From assembly GCF_001194135.2 (NCBI RefSeq), contig NC_068986.1:111317981-111381980 (forward strand): DNA of 64,000 bases, given 5' to 3'. The position numbers were made by a program, and so were the translations under genes. This document shows positions 53,013-64,000 of this stretch, in pieces. This DNA is from Octopus bimaculoides. Taxonomy: Eukaryota. How positions within the stretch are numbered: the stretch's first letter is position 1; each line of letters starts with the position of its first letter. The notes beneath the pieces were generated by a model, which was not told the origin of the DNA, did no database searches, and worked only from the letters and a program-made list of their open reading frames with translations.

Positions 53013-53030
53013 CATCCATCGATCTATCTA
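52840..53030. repeat. (TATC)n repeat
   Basis: Directly visible. Confidence 0.95.
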
Positions 53031-54732
53031 TTCCCTCCTAAAAGTTGTTGTTACGTTAGAATACAAAATGCGGTGATAGGTAACATGAGAGTGACCCTCG
53101 TTGGGCTTTTGTTGCATATAAAAACTTGTTTATGTCCACTGGTATCGCCAATAGCCAGCAGCCATATTAAAAAGAAATTACTTGCGACAATAATAACAAA
53201 ATTTAATATCAATGTTCACTTAGAATTGGATGTTGTGTTATGTGATGCACGAAGATTCTATACTTATCGCTAGTGGAGATATCGTTACTATTTGCAGCAG
53301 TTGAGCGCCGAACATTGACTAAGACAGGAAAAGCCGAAAATACGTGACCTGGTAGCCTCATCATTGGTGATGGCTGGTGATATACCACACCCATTAGAGT
53401 TCTTAAGAATTCCTTCTTTTCGTGTTTTGGATTTTCATCTGGTCTTTTCAGCATGTAAAAAGTCCTGTCAATGGTCTTCTTACCGTGTATAAAGCTTTAG
53501 GTAGGTAGGAAGGTAGGTAGGTACGCGTACGTACATGGTATTTATAAGTGCCTATATAAGTGTGACAAAGAAACTTGTAAAAAGAAAATGAATGCCTGAA
53601 AATGTTTATTAGAAAGGATCGTACTGCTCCTATGTTGGAACGTTATGAATAGAAAAATGCAAAATCTTATCCGTCACAAACAACTTCATAACTGTTTGTA
53701 ATTGAGAGGTGACAACATTTAAGGGTAGCGAAATATTGCAAATGTTTCTTCCTATTTATAAACTCACTAATCAATGTGCAACGTACCTAGCGTTGATTAT
53801 ACACACAGACACACGCACAGACAGACACACAACCACAAACACACACAAATACACCGCGAGACAAAGAGAGAGAGGTAGAGAAAGTGAAAGAGGGAAAAGG
53901 AGAAATAAAAAGAATGACACATAGATATATGCATATATATGTGTGTCTATACATACACACATATATATACATATGTATGTGTATACGTATATATACACAC
54001 ATACGTACCCAACCACATATATATATATATATATATGTGTGTGTATGTGTGTACATACCTATTCCACTTGCAAATACGCACACCCATTAATATGTACAGT
54101 AGTAGAGAGAGAGAGCGGGGAGACGCACGGGAGTATATAGATGAAATATGCACCTCTTTGCGTGAAAATGTCTGAAAGTCATTTGTCGTTGAGTGTAGGA
54201 GAATGTGTGTCTACCTCGACGCACTTACTTCCTTCTCAACGCAGATGGAGCGTTGCCAATTTTACTTTCTCAACTGAGAAAAATTTTATGAACATAATAA
54301 TGCTCACTAAATGTCTTAGCCGAATGACCAGTCTGTTAAAGTTGTTGTTTTTCTTGGCAAGCCTCTGTAAATTTCATCATACTATGGAAAGTCTACCCAC
54401 CCGTTGCACACACACAAACACATATATACACACACACATAAACACTCACATACAAACACACATACTCATAAACATACATGCGCACTGACATCTATGGGAG
54501 TGTGTGTGCAATAAACACCTATCTACTTCTCTACCCATCTTTCTCACCTCACTTTTTCTCTCTCTCTCTCTCTCTGTATATATGTATGCATATATATATA
54601 CATATATGTATGTATGTATCTCTCTCCCTCTCCCTCACTCTGTCTCCGTCTCTCGCTGTCTGTCTCTCTCTTTCTCTGTCTCTCTGTCTCTCTCTTTCTC
54701 TGTCTCTGTCTCTGTCTCTCTCTTTCTCCCTC

Positions 54733-54811
<79 letters not shown>

Positions 54812-55578
54812 TTATGGATGTATAATGCATGGATGTNNNNNNNNNNNNNNNNNNNNNNNNNNNNNNNNNNNNNNNNNNNNNNNNNNNNNNNNNNNNNNNN
54901 NNNNNNNNNNNNNNNNNNNNNNNNNNNNNNNNNNNNNNNNNNNNNNNNNNNNNNNNNNNNNNNNNNNNNNNNNNNNNNNNNNNNNNNNNNNNNNNNNNNN
55001 NNNNNNNNNNNNNNNNNNNNNNNNNNNNNNNNNNNNNNNNNNNNNNNNNNNNNNNNNNNNNNNNNNNNNNNNNNNNNNNNNNNNNNNNNNNNNNNNNNNN
55101 NNNNNNNNNNNNNNNNNNNNNNNNNNNNNNNNNNNNNNNNNNNNNNNNNNNNNNNNNNNNNNNNNNNNNNNNNNNNNNNNNNNNNNNNNNNNNNNNNNNN
55201 NNNNNNNNNNNNNNNNNNNNNNNNNNNNNNNNNNNNNNNNNNNNNNNNNNNNNNNNNNNNNNNNNNNNNNNNNNNNNNNNNNNNNNNNNNNNNNNNNNNN
55301 NNNNNNNNNNNNNNNNNNNNNNNNNNNNNNNNNNNNNNNNNNNNNNNNNNNNNNNNNNNNNNNNNNNNNNNNNNNNNNNNNNNNNNNNNNNNNNNNNNNN
55401 NNNNNNNNNNNNNNNNNNNNNNNNNNNNNNNNNNNNNNNNNNNNNNNNNNNNNNNNNNNNNNNNNNNNNNNNNNNNNNNNNNNNNNNNNNNNNNNNNNNN
55501 NNNNNNNNNNNNNNNNNNNNNNNNNNNNNNNNNNNNNNNNNNNNNNNNNNNNNNNNNNNNNNNNNNNNNNNNNNNNNN

Positions 55579-55613
<35 letters not shown>

Positions 55614-55703
55614 CACAGGATATATACACATGCAATATATATGTAAGTATATATATATATATATATATACTTATATATATATGCAGACACACACACATAT
55701 ATA

Positions 55704-56016
55704 CACAGGCTGCGAGTCGTAAATTGTCGCCATCTTATATTTTAATTTCGCGCATGTGCATTGTTTGTTTGGGATTTTGCACGATGACGCAATTCTCTCT
55801 GCCAGAAATTTGGAAGCGAGATGCTGTACCGCTTGGTATTCGCGCCAGAAGAACCAATACGAATATTTCAGAGTGTTTGGGTATGAATATGAGGACATGT
55901 ACCGTGAGTGATGAAAATGGCGACGTAATGCCTCCATACATCTTCCACACAGCCACAGATTCAACACGGAGACCGACACCTAGAACCCACATCTGTGTGT
56001 GCGTGTGTATGTGTGT

Positions 56017-56060
<44 letters not shown>

Positions 56061-56561
56061 ATGTATAAGATAGGTGTATAGATGTATTTACCAAAATTAC
56101 ATAAAAATATATTGAAATTTTAAAGGGTAAATTTATGCTGCACTTTGTCAGGAGGGTGGCTGCTGGAAGTCCCACCCTCTGACAACAGGATCCTGCATCA
56201 TCCCACAGAAGCAGAAGAACACCGTCATGGCTCTCAGACAATTTCAGTGACCACATCAGCTCTAACAACTGACAACCTAACTTACCAGACGGCAACGCCC
56301 TCCAGTAATATGTGTGGAGCGCACTTGAGCGGGAGACCAACAAAACTCCTTCTTGAACCAAAGACGAACTGAAGGCAAGAATGATGGCAGCATTCACTGG
56401 CTTAAACAAGGAGTCGCTACAGAAGTGTTGCAGACGATTCCGAAGTTATCTGGAAGCCGAGGTTGGGGCCAGTGGCGATTTTATTGAATACATTTACTCT
56501 TTAATATTTCAATATATTTTTATGCAATTTTGGTAAATACATCTATTCACCGCATCCTGTG
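55704..56561 (+). mobile_element. Internally deleted, rearranged Tc1/mariner-superfamily transposon
   Basis: Termini cacaggctgcg and cgcatcctgtg are inverted. The 3' part encodes decayed QQD..SH.SRRT.SWLSDNFSDHI...YVWSALERETNKTP..TKDELKARMMAAFTGLNKESLQKCCRRFRSYLEAEVGASGDFIE*. Confidence 0.8.
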
Positions 56562-57512
56562 CATACAGACACATACACACACACAAACACACACACGCAG
56601 ACGCACAGACACATGCGCAATTGGTTTGCATACGGTTTCCCTCTACTGAATTCCATCAACAGCCATAGACCACACAGTCATAAATTATCTTGATGTAAAG
56701 AAAAGATTCTATATGGATTTAAGGCAATATTCACGACATCTCGATGTGAATAGCACTGATGAAAGTCTCCTTGGTCGTAAAAAAATGATTGTAACAAAGG
56801 AAAATGATTCGACATAATTCAACCAAACAATTAGTATGTTGTCTAACTCTGGAGGGAGGCGCTATGTCGTTTGTAGACTCTATGCCCATTGTAATATTAC
56901 GAAATCTATAGGCGACTCTCTTTTGAAAGAATGGCACATGGAACGTTGATCTCTTTGCACTCAACCTAATTAAAATACATCACATTTGTAGCTGGATTAC
57001 TTTCATCATCGCTCGATTCGTGTAAAGTAAATTCGAGGCTAAACGGCAAAAACAAGTAAATGAAGATGTCGTCAAGTTGTCAGTACCACCATGAGTTCAT
57101 GTCAAAGATAATGAATTCTTCTAAATAACCTAGGCTAATTATCACTAATAATGTACAGCAATTATCTTGATTACACTATAATTGTAAGTGAATATTAAAT
57201 ATTTACAATGCGAAGAATATTACAAACAAACGTAATTTCGTATCGATTGCATAAACTGAAGTTCTGTTACAATTTTTTTCAGAATTAAAAAGTGTAATGT
57301 AAATGAAAGAATGCCTATGCATTCAAATATATACATGCACACACACACACACACAAAACACACACACACACACACACAAACACACTCACATAGACAGACA
57401 TACACACACACACATACAAACGCATGCACGAACACACACGCACGCAAACACCTACATACGCGCGCACATACGCGGACACGCACATACACTCACAGCATAG
57501 AAACACACACAG

Positions 57513-57552
<40 letters not shown>

Positions 57553-57554
<2 letters not shown>

Positions 57555-57738
57555 CTGAAATTTACAGAAAAACAAAACCAAAAGACAGCTGTATAAACAA
57601 AAGGCAAGTATATTAGCTTGACGCTCGCGAAGGTGAGAAAATATTTTACGTTTCGAGCCTATGCCCTTCAACAGAAAGGAACCCGAAGAAACAGAGAAAG
57701 AATGAAAAACATTTTGAGCTAACGGTCAATCATGGCGA
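57553..57738 (-). mobile_element. Short (TA)n-anchored element with hammerhead-like motif (family I, second copy)
   Basis: Minus strand reads CCTTT CTGTTGA A GGGC ATAG GCTC GAAACGTA AAA. It shares the terminal TCGCCATGAT with the 39871 copy. Confidence 0.65.
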
Positions 57739-58044
57739 CTGGCTTGACAAAGGTAGTTAGACAGCAGACTGGAAAGAAGGAGAGATAATAAAGTATTGGT
57801 AATCCCAAAACAAATCCCCGTAACGCTAAATCATTTAATTACATTTATTTTTATTTCTATATACTTTCAAAAAGGTAAACGAAAACCTATGGTTGCAAAA
57901 AGGTATCACTTCAGTAAATCGATTTAAAGATTTTGGCCCCAAAACTTAAGGATTGCAAGGGATTTCTTTACACACAAATTACACTTATTTATATTTACTC
58001 TGAAGTTAGGCGTTGGTGAAATAACGGACCATTCCAGAGAAATA

Positions 58045-58254
58045 AAAGGTCTAAGCACACGCCAGAAAAGGTCACAGGCACACGCCAGAAAAGGTCTAAG
58101 CACACACCAAAAAATGTCACAGCACACACCAGAAAAGGTCACAGCACACGCCAAAAAAGGTCACCGCACTCGCCAGAAAAGGTCACAGCACACACCAGAA
58201 AAGGTCACAGCACACGCCAAAAAAGGTCACCGCACTCGCAAGAAAAGGTCACAG
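58045..58254 (+). repeat. 22-bp minisatellite (~9.5 units) with a 66-bp higher-order repeat
   Basis: Unit aaaaggtcacagcacacgccag. The variant series recurs with a 3-unit period. Confidence 0.9.
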
Positions 58255-58736
58255 AAAACGAGAAAGCAACCATACTCTGGGATATGCCATTACACACAGA
58301 TAGAGAAATTAAGGCCAATAGGCCAGATATAGTTGTCAGAAATCACGAAGGAAAAAATGCTTTCTAATTGATGTATCAATACCAGTAGATGACAACGTTT
58401 CCCTAAAAGAAATGGAAAAACTTTCTAAATACAAAGACCTGGAAATAGAGATAACTCGAATGTGGAATCTAAAAACAAAAACAATTCCTATCATAGTAGG
58501 GGCCTTAGGTATAATAAAAAAAAATATTCAGACAAATACATATCAAAAACACCAGGACTTAACAAATATATATAACATACAGAAAATTGCACTACTGGGC
58601 ACTGCACACATCCAACGCAAAACAATTTCAATACAGTAACCATAAGAGCATCACAGCAAACCACAGCACATACCCAAGGCACACAGAGCTGCGCTCGGTA
58701 ATGAAGCGAAAGCACGTTATGAAAATAAAACTACTA
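58232..58736 (+). mobile_element. 3' end of R4/Dong-like LINE (family B)
   Basis: KVTENEKATILWDMPLHTDREIKANRPDIVV...LIDVSIP...KEMEKLSKYKDLEIEITRMWNLKT..IPIIVGALG...QKIALLGTAHI, then the family B 3' UTR and an (AAT)n tail. Confidence 0.9.
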
Positions 58737-58800
<64 letters not shown>

Positions 58801-59683
58801 TCAATAACAACGAGGATATTGCTAGTAGTAGTATCAATGTTAGTATTAGAGTAAATATTAAGAATATTAATGTATTTTGCTTTCATCGATTAAAACGCTT
58901 GGATGTAATGATTACATTAGTGGATGACAGTGGTGGAGATGGTAGGGTCGTTTAGGAAATGCAATCTTATGATAATGTTAGCTACAATATCAATATCAAA
59001 GATGCAGCACATGAATATACATTAAACAGGCATTAAAAGTGCAGATATCAAAAGTCAGTATTCCATAAGTTTCATTATTCCTTGCTCGTAGATCGTATTT
59101 CGCCTATCTCTCTCCAAAATTATTACTGCAAATATATATATATATATATATANNNNNNNNNNNNNNNNNNNNNNNNNNNNNNNNNNNNNNNNNNNNNNNN
59201 NNNNNNNNNNNNNNNNNNNNNNNNNNNNNNNNNNNNNNNNNNNNNNNNNNNNNNNNNNNNNNNNNNNNNNNNNNNNNNNNNNNNNNNNNNNNNNNNNNNN
59301 NNNNNNNNNNNNNNNNNNNNNNNNNNNNNNNNNNNNNNNNNNNNNNNNNNNNNNNNNNNNNNNNNNNNNNNNNNNNNNNNNNNNNNNNNNNNNNNNNNNN
59401 NNNNNNNNNNNNNNNNNNNNNNNNNNNNNNNNNNNNNNNNNNNNNNNNNNNNNNNNNNNNNNNNNNNNNNNNNNNNNNNNNNNNNNNNNNNNNNNNNNNN
59501 NNNNNNNNNNNNNNNNNNNNNNNNNNNNNNNNNNNNNNNNNNNNNNNNNNNNNNNNNNNNNNNNNNNNNNNNNNNNNNNNNNNNNNNNNNNNNNNNNNNN
59601 NNNNNNNNNNNNNNNNNNNNNNNNNNNNNNNNNNNNNNNNNNNNNNNNNNNNNNNNNNNNNNNNNNNNNNNNNNNNNNNNNNN

Positions 59684-59735
<52 letters not shown>

Positions 59736-60599
59736 TACATATGTATGAGAGAGCAAACTTACTTGGATTCCATAGACTCAAAGTATTAGGCGAGTGAATG
59801 CGTTTGAAGTCCTACGGTTGTTTCTGTAGGCGCTGAGTTACTTCCTGCAGATGGCAGATGTAGTTGATCAAATATCTGCGACCTGTCATGGAAGCAAAAA
59901 ATAATTCGGTAAACTCTAGACCCTTCTGCATCAGCGTGTGTATGTATGGATCTAACGTATCAGATCATTATGCAATGACATTTAAATCTAGAATCAATAT
60001 TGTAAGTGGTAAGCAAGTTGTGATGGCAGGAGGAAGTAGTTGACTGGATGAAATTATGCGGAGTGTTGCAACAAGAGAAGGGACAAGTGTTCAGAGAGTT
60101 CTATCAAAATGATAGAATGATGAATGCAGGAGGCATTGAAAGTATTTGTCTTTAATACTCACTAATACTAGCGGAGAATTGGGAAACAAATTGGTGAGAA
60201 ATGTGCGGTGTTTCAAGGATGCCCAAAAATGCTGGGTTTATGAATGCATGTTAAAAATGTTGGATAGTAGTTAATATAATTGAGGGAAGTTGGGAGAGTG
60301 AGAGAAAATGGGGTCATGAATATGATGTGAGGGAAAAGGGTCAATCATATTCTAGTAAAATGGAGAAGGTGGTAATTTAAGGCATAAAGATTGTTCGGTA
60401 GTGGAGAGTGAATAATTTTGGTTGAAGAGACAAGGGAAACGGTGAAGAGGCAACAGATAGGAGAATGGAATTCAAATGATATGAGTAGATATGACTGTAA
60501 GGGGTGGATGTGATGTGTGGGAGGAAATTAGCAAACTTAATGTTAAGAAGGCATATTTTGTAGGTTTATGTTACTATTGTAATCAAATTGCAACTTAAT

Positions 60600-61438
60600 T
60601 TGAAATGAAATTAAGGTTAATCGTGATTAGGGAATCGCATAACTTGCGCAAAATTGGGAAATGATGTGTAGTACGTGTGTTCACCCGATAGTTTATATAT
60701 GAGAACCTATTAAGTAATGAGGAGTTGTGGTTGCAAAGGATGGTGAGCGACACCCTTAAACACAGTTTACAAAAGCCAAGGTTGGTGTTGTAATAGGAAG
60801 CGTCACTTACTGGTGGTGGACTAGGGTAATTTTTGGATTTCTGTCTGTGAATATAGGTTGCTAAAAAAGTGCATAACTTAGAATGTGAATTCGAGAAAGA
60901 GTTCATATATTCTCGGTAGCTTCACTTGAAATAAACAGTGCCGCTGTCGATATAGACTCTTGTTTTGAGGACGCGTGTTGTTACTACTCAGCATTTGTAG
61001 ATTACGTTTTGCGTAGAAAAAAACCCTCCCAGAGTGAAGATTTGGGACCCTCCGCAGTCGCATGTTTTCTCACCGTACTGAGGTCGTATTTGCTTATTGA
61101 GAAGGTCTAGTTCGTATGGTTGTTTTGTGGGAAAGAAGAGAAGGAGGCATTATCAATAACAGTGCTGGACCGGGAGGGGCTATGGCCGCTAGTGTATACG
61201 TCCATATGCGTTCTTTTATAGGGAATCGCATTAAGGCTGGTATTACTGAGTTGGGTGAGGCAACCGTGCATTCTAAAACAGGAATGGTGCAGTTGCTGGT
61301 TACATTTGTGGTGGGAAATTGAAGTTTAGAATTTTCAAGAAATATTTAGGTTAGCATTTTACTTGGTGGGGGAAAAGTGGCACGAACCATTTGACTTCGC
61401 AATTTCTGGGATGGTTTTGAGCACTTGTGTAAATTTGG

Positions 61439-61440
<2 letters not shown>
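60600..61440 (-). mobile_element. Probable ancient Penelope-like element remnant (RT thumb to pre-GIY-YIG region)
   Basis: Across frames: IFLENSKLQFP..NCTIPVLECTV (cf. FT.E.E.N..IPFLDV), YKRTHMDVY (cf. YRKPTHTDRY), FCKLC and TTHHFPILRKLCDS (cf. TFxIxxxxTCxS). Strong purine/pyrimidine strand skew continues to ~60000. Confidence 0.45.
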
Positions 61441-61473
<33 letters not shown>

Positions 61474-61477
61474 CATA

Positions 61478-61508
<31 letters not shown>

Positions 61509-62996
61509 TCATAATAGTAATAATAATAATAATAAATGTCTAAATCTATCAATAGATGAACGTATATAGATCAATGTTTAGTACGACTGAATCTCTAGCT
61601 GTGCATATGATATCCTCAATAGTCTATTACATAGAGAATTCATTCTAGTTAATAGGTAAAATATTGAAGCCCCTACCATTGCTCTTCTTTTAAAAGTATG
61701 ATATGCATCTCTACGTGTTATTGTATGCAACATTTTAAAGATAACAAATTAAGCATTTTTACTACATGTATTGATATCCTATATACTCTAAGTTTGAATA
61801 AAAATCATATGATAATATGTGAGCCAGATCAATTTTCGTGCAGATCGAATACTGCTCTGCCTTTGCAGTTGAAGTTTTGAAATTTCATATATGACGCAGA
61901 TTTACTTCAGGTTCCGACGAATGTAGATGTTAAACTCAAAACGTGATACTTCTTTTCTTCTGATTTATTATTCTTCACAGTTTAAAAATCATTTTAAAAT
62001 TTCTAATCTGCAAGACAATTCTTTCGAAAATACTGTGTATAATGAATTTCTTATCATCTGCAATTTTATGTCTTGCGATTGTGCAAATATTATACGTCAT
62101 TTTATGCACATTTGTTTATGCATTTATTTTTAGCTATAATAGTTCGATTTATGCGCTAATACTGTCAGTGCTTTATGTCCGTGTTCGTGCTTATGTAGGT
62201 GACGATATATAAGGTTGTGTTGTTATATTACAAAATATCACTACATATAAATTGTATCATATATAAAATTGGTCTACTCTAAGTGTTACATATGTCATTG
62301 TATTATTCATTTTTGTCTCCAGTATTATTGAACATATATTTGTACTATGTTGGGCTCATATCTCTTTTGTTTTCCTGTTAGATACTGTTACGAGAATGTA
62401 TTAAGGACCGAACTGTTTATTTTATATGTATTTTATGAATAACTCATAATAAAATAATATTTATGCTGTGGAGTATGTAAGTTTGACGGTCTTGTATTAA
62501 AAATTCTTTATTGTTATGTCAGTGTGGAAAGTTTTATAATAATTTGAAACCATATCTGCTATAATTTAACGACGAACAATAATGTTAAGGAATTGCACTT
62601 ATTTATGTTTCACTTTTTCAGGCAAACTTTATTGTTCTACGACGGCCAAATATGTCTTTTATATATTTCTTCTTTCGCTCAATTATGTTTTTACATACAA
62701 AATGCCCGATTTTTATTCAAGATTACAGCATTTCCGTCATTCTCGTATACTTCCTTTTTTAGATCTTTTGTTTTTCTTTTATCTTTTTAGTGCCAGTTCA
62801 TGATACTGTTAGTGCGGTGGAATTCTAGGCTTTAGCGTAGGATATTTTTCATCACAATGCATGAAATAATATCGCTGTGTCTACTTTTGATAAGGCACCA
62901 AAAAAGAATGAATCTCCCCAGACAAAATGATGTGTGCGTGCGCGTGCACGTGCGTTTGTATGTATTCGAACTACATACATACATAGATACATAGAT

Positions 62997-63081
<85 letters not shown>

Positions 63082-63171
63082 NNNNNNNNNNGGCCATGGG
63101 ATAGAAGAAAGAAGACATGCACCCAACACCAGGGCTGAAGACACCTCCGAAAGGAGGGGCCCTGCCACGTC

Positions 63172-63890
63172 AAAACGATTCGTTTGGCCCAGGAACCACT
63201 AATGAACGTACAGCACAATGGTGGTTCAAGAGATTTCGTAGCGGTGACGAGAGTCTTAAAGATGATAAGCGGAGTGGTTGGCCACTGGATGTTGACAAAG
63301 TTCAACTACGTGCCTTAGAGGAAACCAATCCACGCACAACTTTTCGAAAGCTTGTTTCTGAATTAGACGTTCAGTATGCGACAATTTCCAACCACTTGAA
63401 AGGGATTGGAAAAGCAAAAATACTTGAGAAATGGGCGTCGCACGAATTGAACGACAACTAAATAAATCGCCGTTTTGAAGTGTCGTTTTCCCTTCTTTTA
63501 CGCAACAAAAACGACCCGTTTCTCGACCGGATAGTGACTTGCGATGAAAAGTGGATTCTTTACAACAACCAGCAATGCTCAGCTCAGTGGTTGGACGCCG
63601 ACGAAGCTCCACGGCACTTCCCGAAGCCATAGTATCACTAAAAGAAGGTCATGGCGACTGTTTGATTGTCTGAGATCGGTCTCATCCATCGCAACTTTGT
63701 GGATCCAGGCGAAACAATTACGGTGGAGAGGTACTGTCAGCAAATGGTTGAAACGCATATGAAACTCCGACAAGAACAGCCAGCACTGTTCAATAGAAAA
63801 GGACCAATAGAAAAGGACCAATTCTTCTCCAAGACAACCTTCGGCTGCACGTCACACAACTGACCCTGCAGAGGTTGAACGAATTGTGCT
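63172..63890 (+). mobile_element. Mariner transposase pseudogene fragment
   Basis: FGPGTTNERTAQWWFKRFRSGDESLKD..RSG...KWASHEL...[16 protein letters not shown]...KKVM...ILLQDN. Contains the first and second catalytic Asp motifs, stops, and a 14-bp duplication at ~63793-63820. Confidence 0.93.
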
Positions 63891-64000
63891 TAAATTGGGA
63901 TTTTTGAAAGTCTGGTAGTGTTGGTAGATTATATATGTATGTATATTTGTATGACTGCATGTATGTATGTATATATGTATGTATATATGTATATATATAT

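Noticed and set aside
54229-54273. 45-nt minus-strand segment with strong acceptor and donor
   Set aside because: All three frames contain stops. It could be a UTR or lncRNA exon, but such signal pairs arise by chance and nothing else supports it.
58045-58254. CRISPR-like array
   Set aside because: The units are directly tandem with no unique spacers, derive from LINE sequence, and sit in a eukaryotic context with no cas genes.

Overview
AT-rich, microsatellite-dense animal genomic DNA with many N gaps, nearly all opening at (TA)n tracts. The repeat families resemble coleoid cephalopod (Octopus-like) repeats, but this is recall and not a database result. No complete protein-coding gene can be supported, and almost all long ORFs in the track are artefacts of N-runs or microsatellites. 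The identifiable content is decayed mobile DNA. There are at least nine fragments of restriction-like-endonuclease (R4/Dong-type) non-LTR retrotransposons, mostly embedded in (TAA)n-type tracts. There are also several tRNA-derived SINEs, mariner, Tc1-like, pogo-like and hAT-like transposase remnants, a probable Penelope-like remnant, and three foldback/palindromic elements. The most notable observations are (i) two families of short (TA)n-anchored elements carrying minimal type I hammerhead-ribozyme-like motifs with non-canonical cores, (ii) a strand-polarised nest of four R4/Dong-like insertions, (iii) a 22-bp minisatellite derived from LINE coding sequence at a 5' truncation junction, and (iv) a 380-bp hairpin next to a decayed Thr/Ser-rich frame. 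A few low-confidence exon and promoter candidates are listed. All alignments were done by eye.
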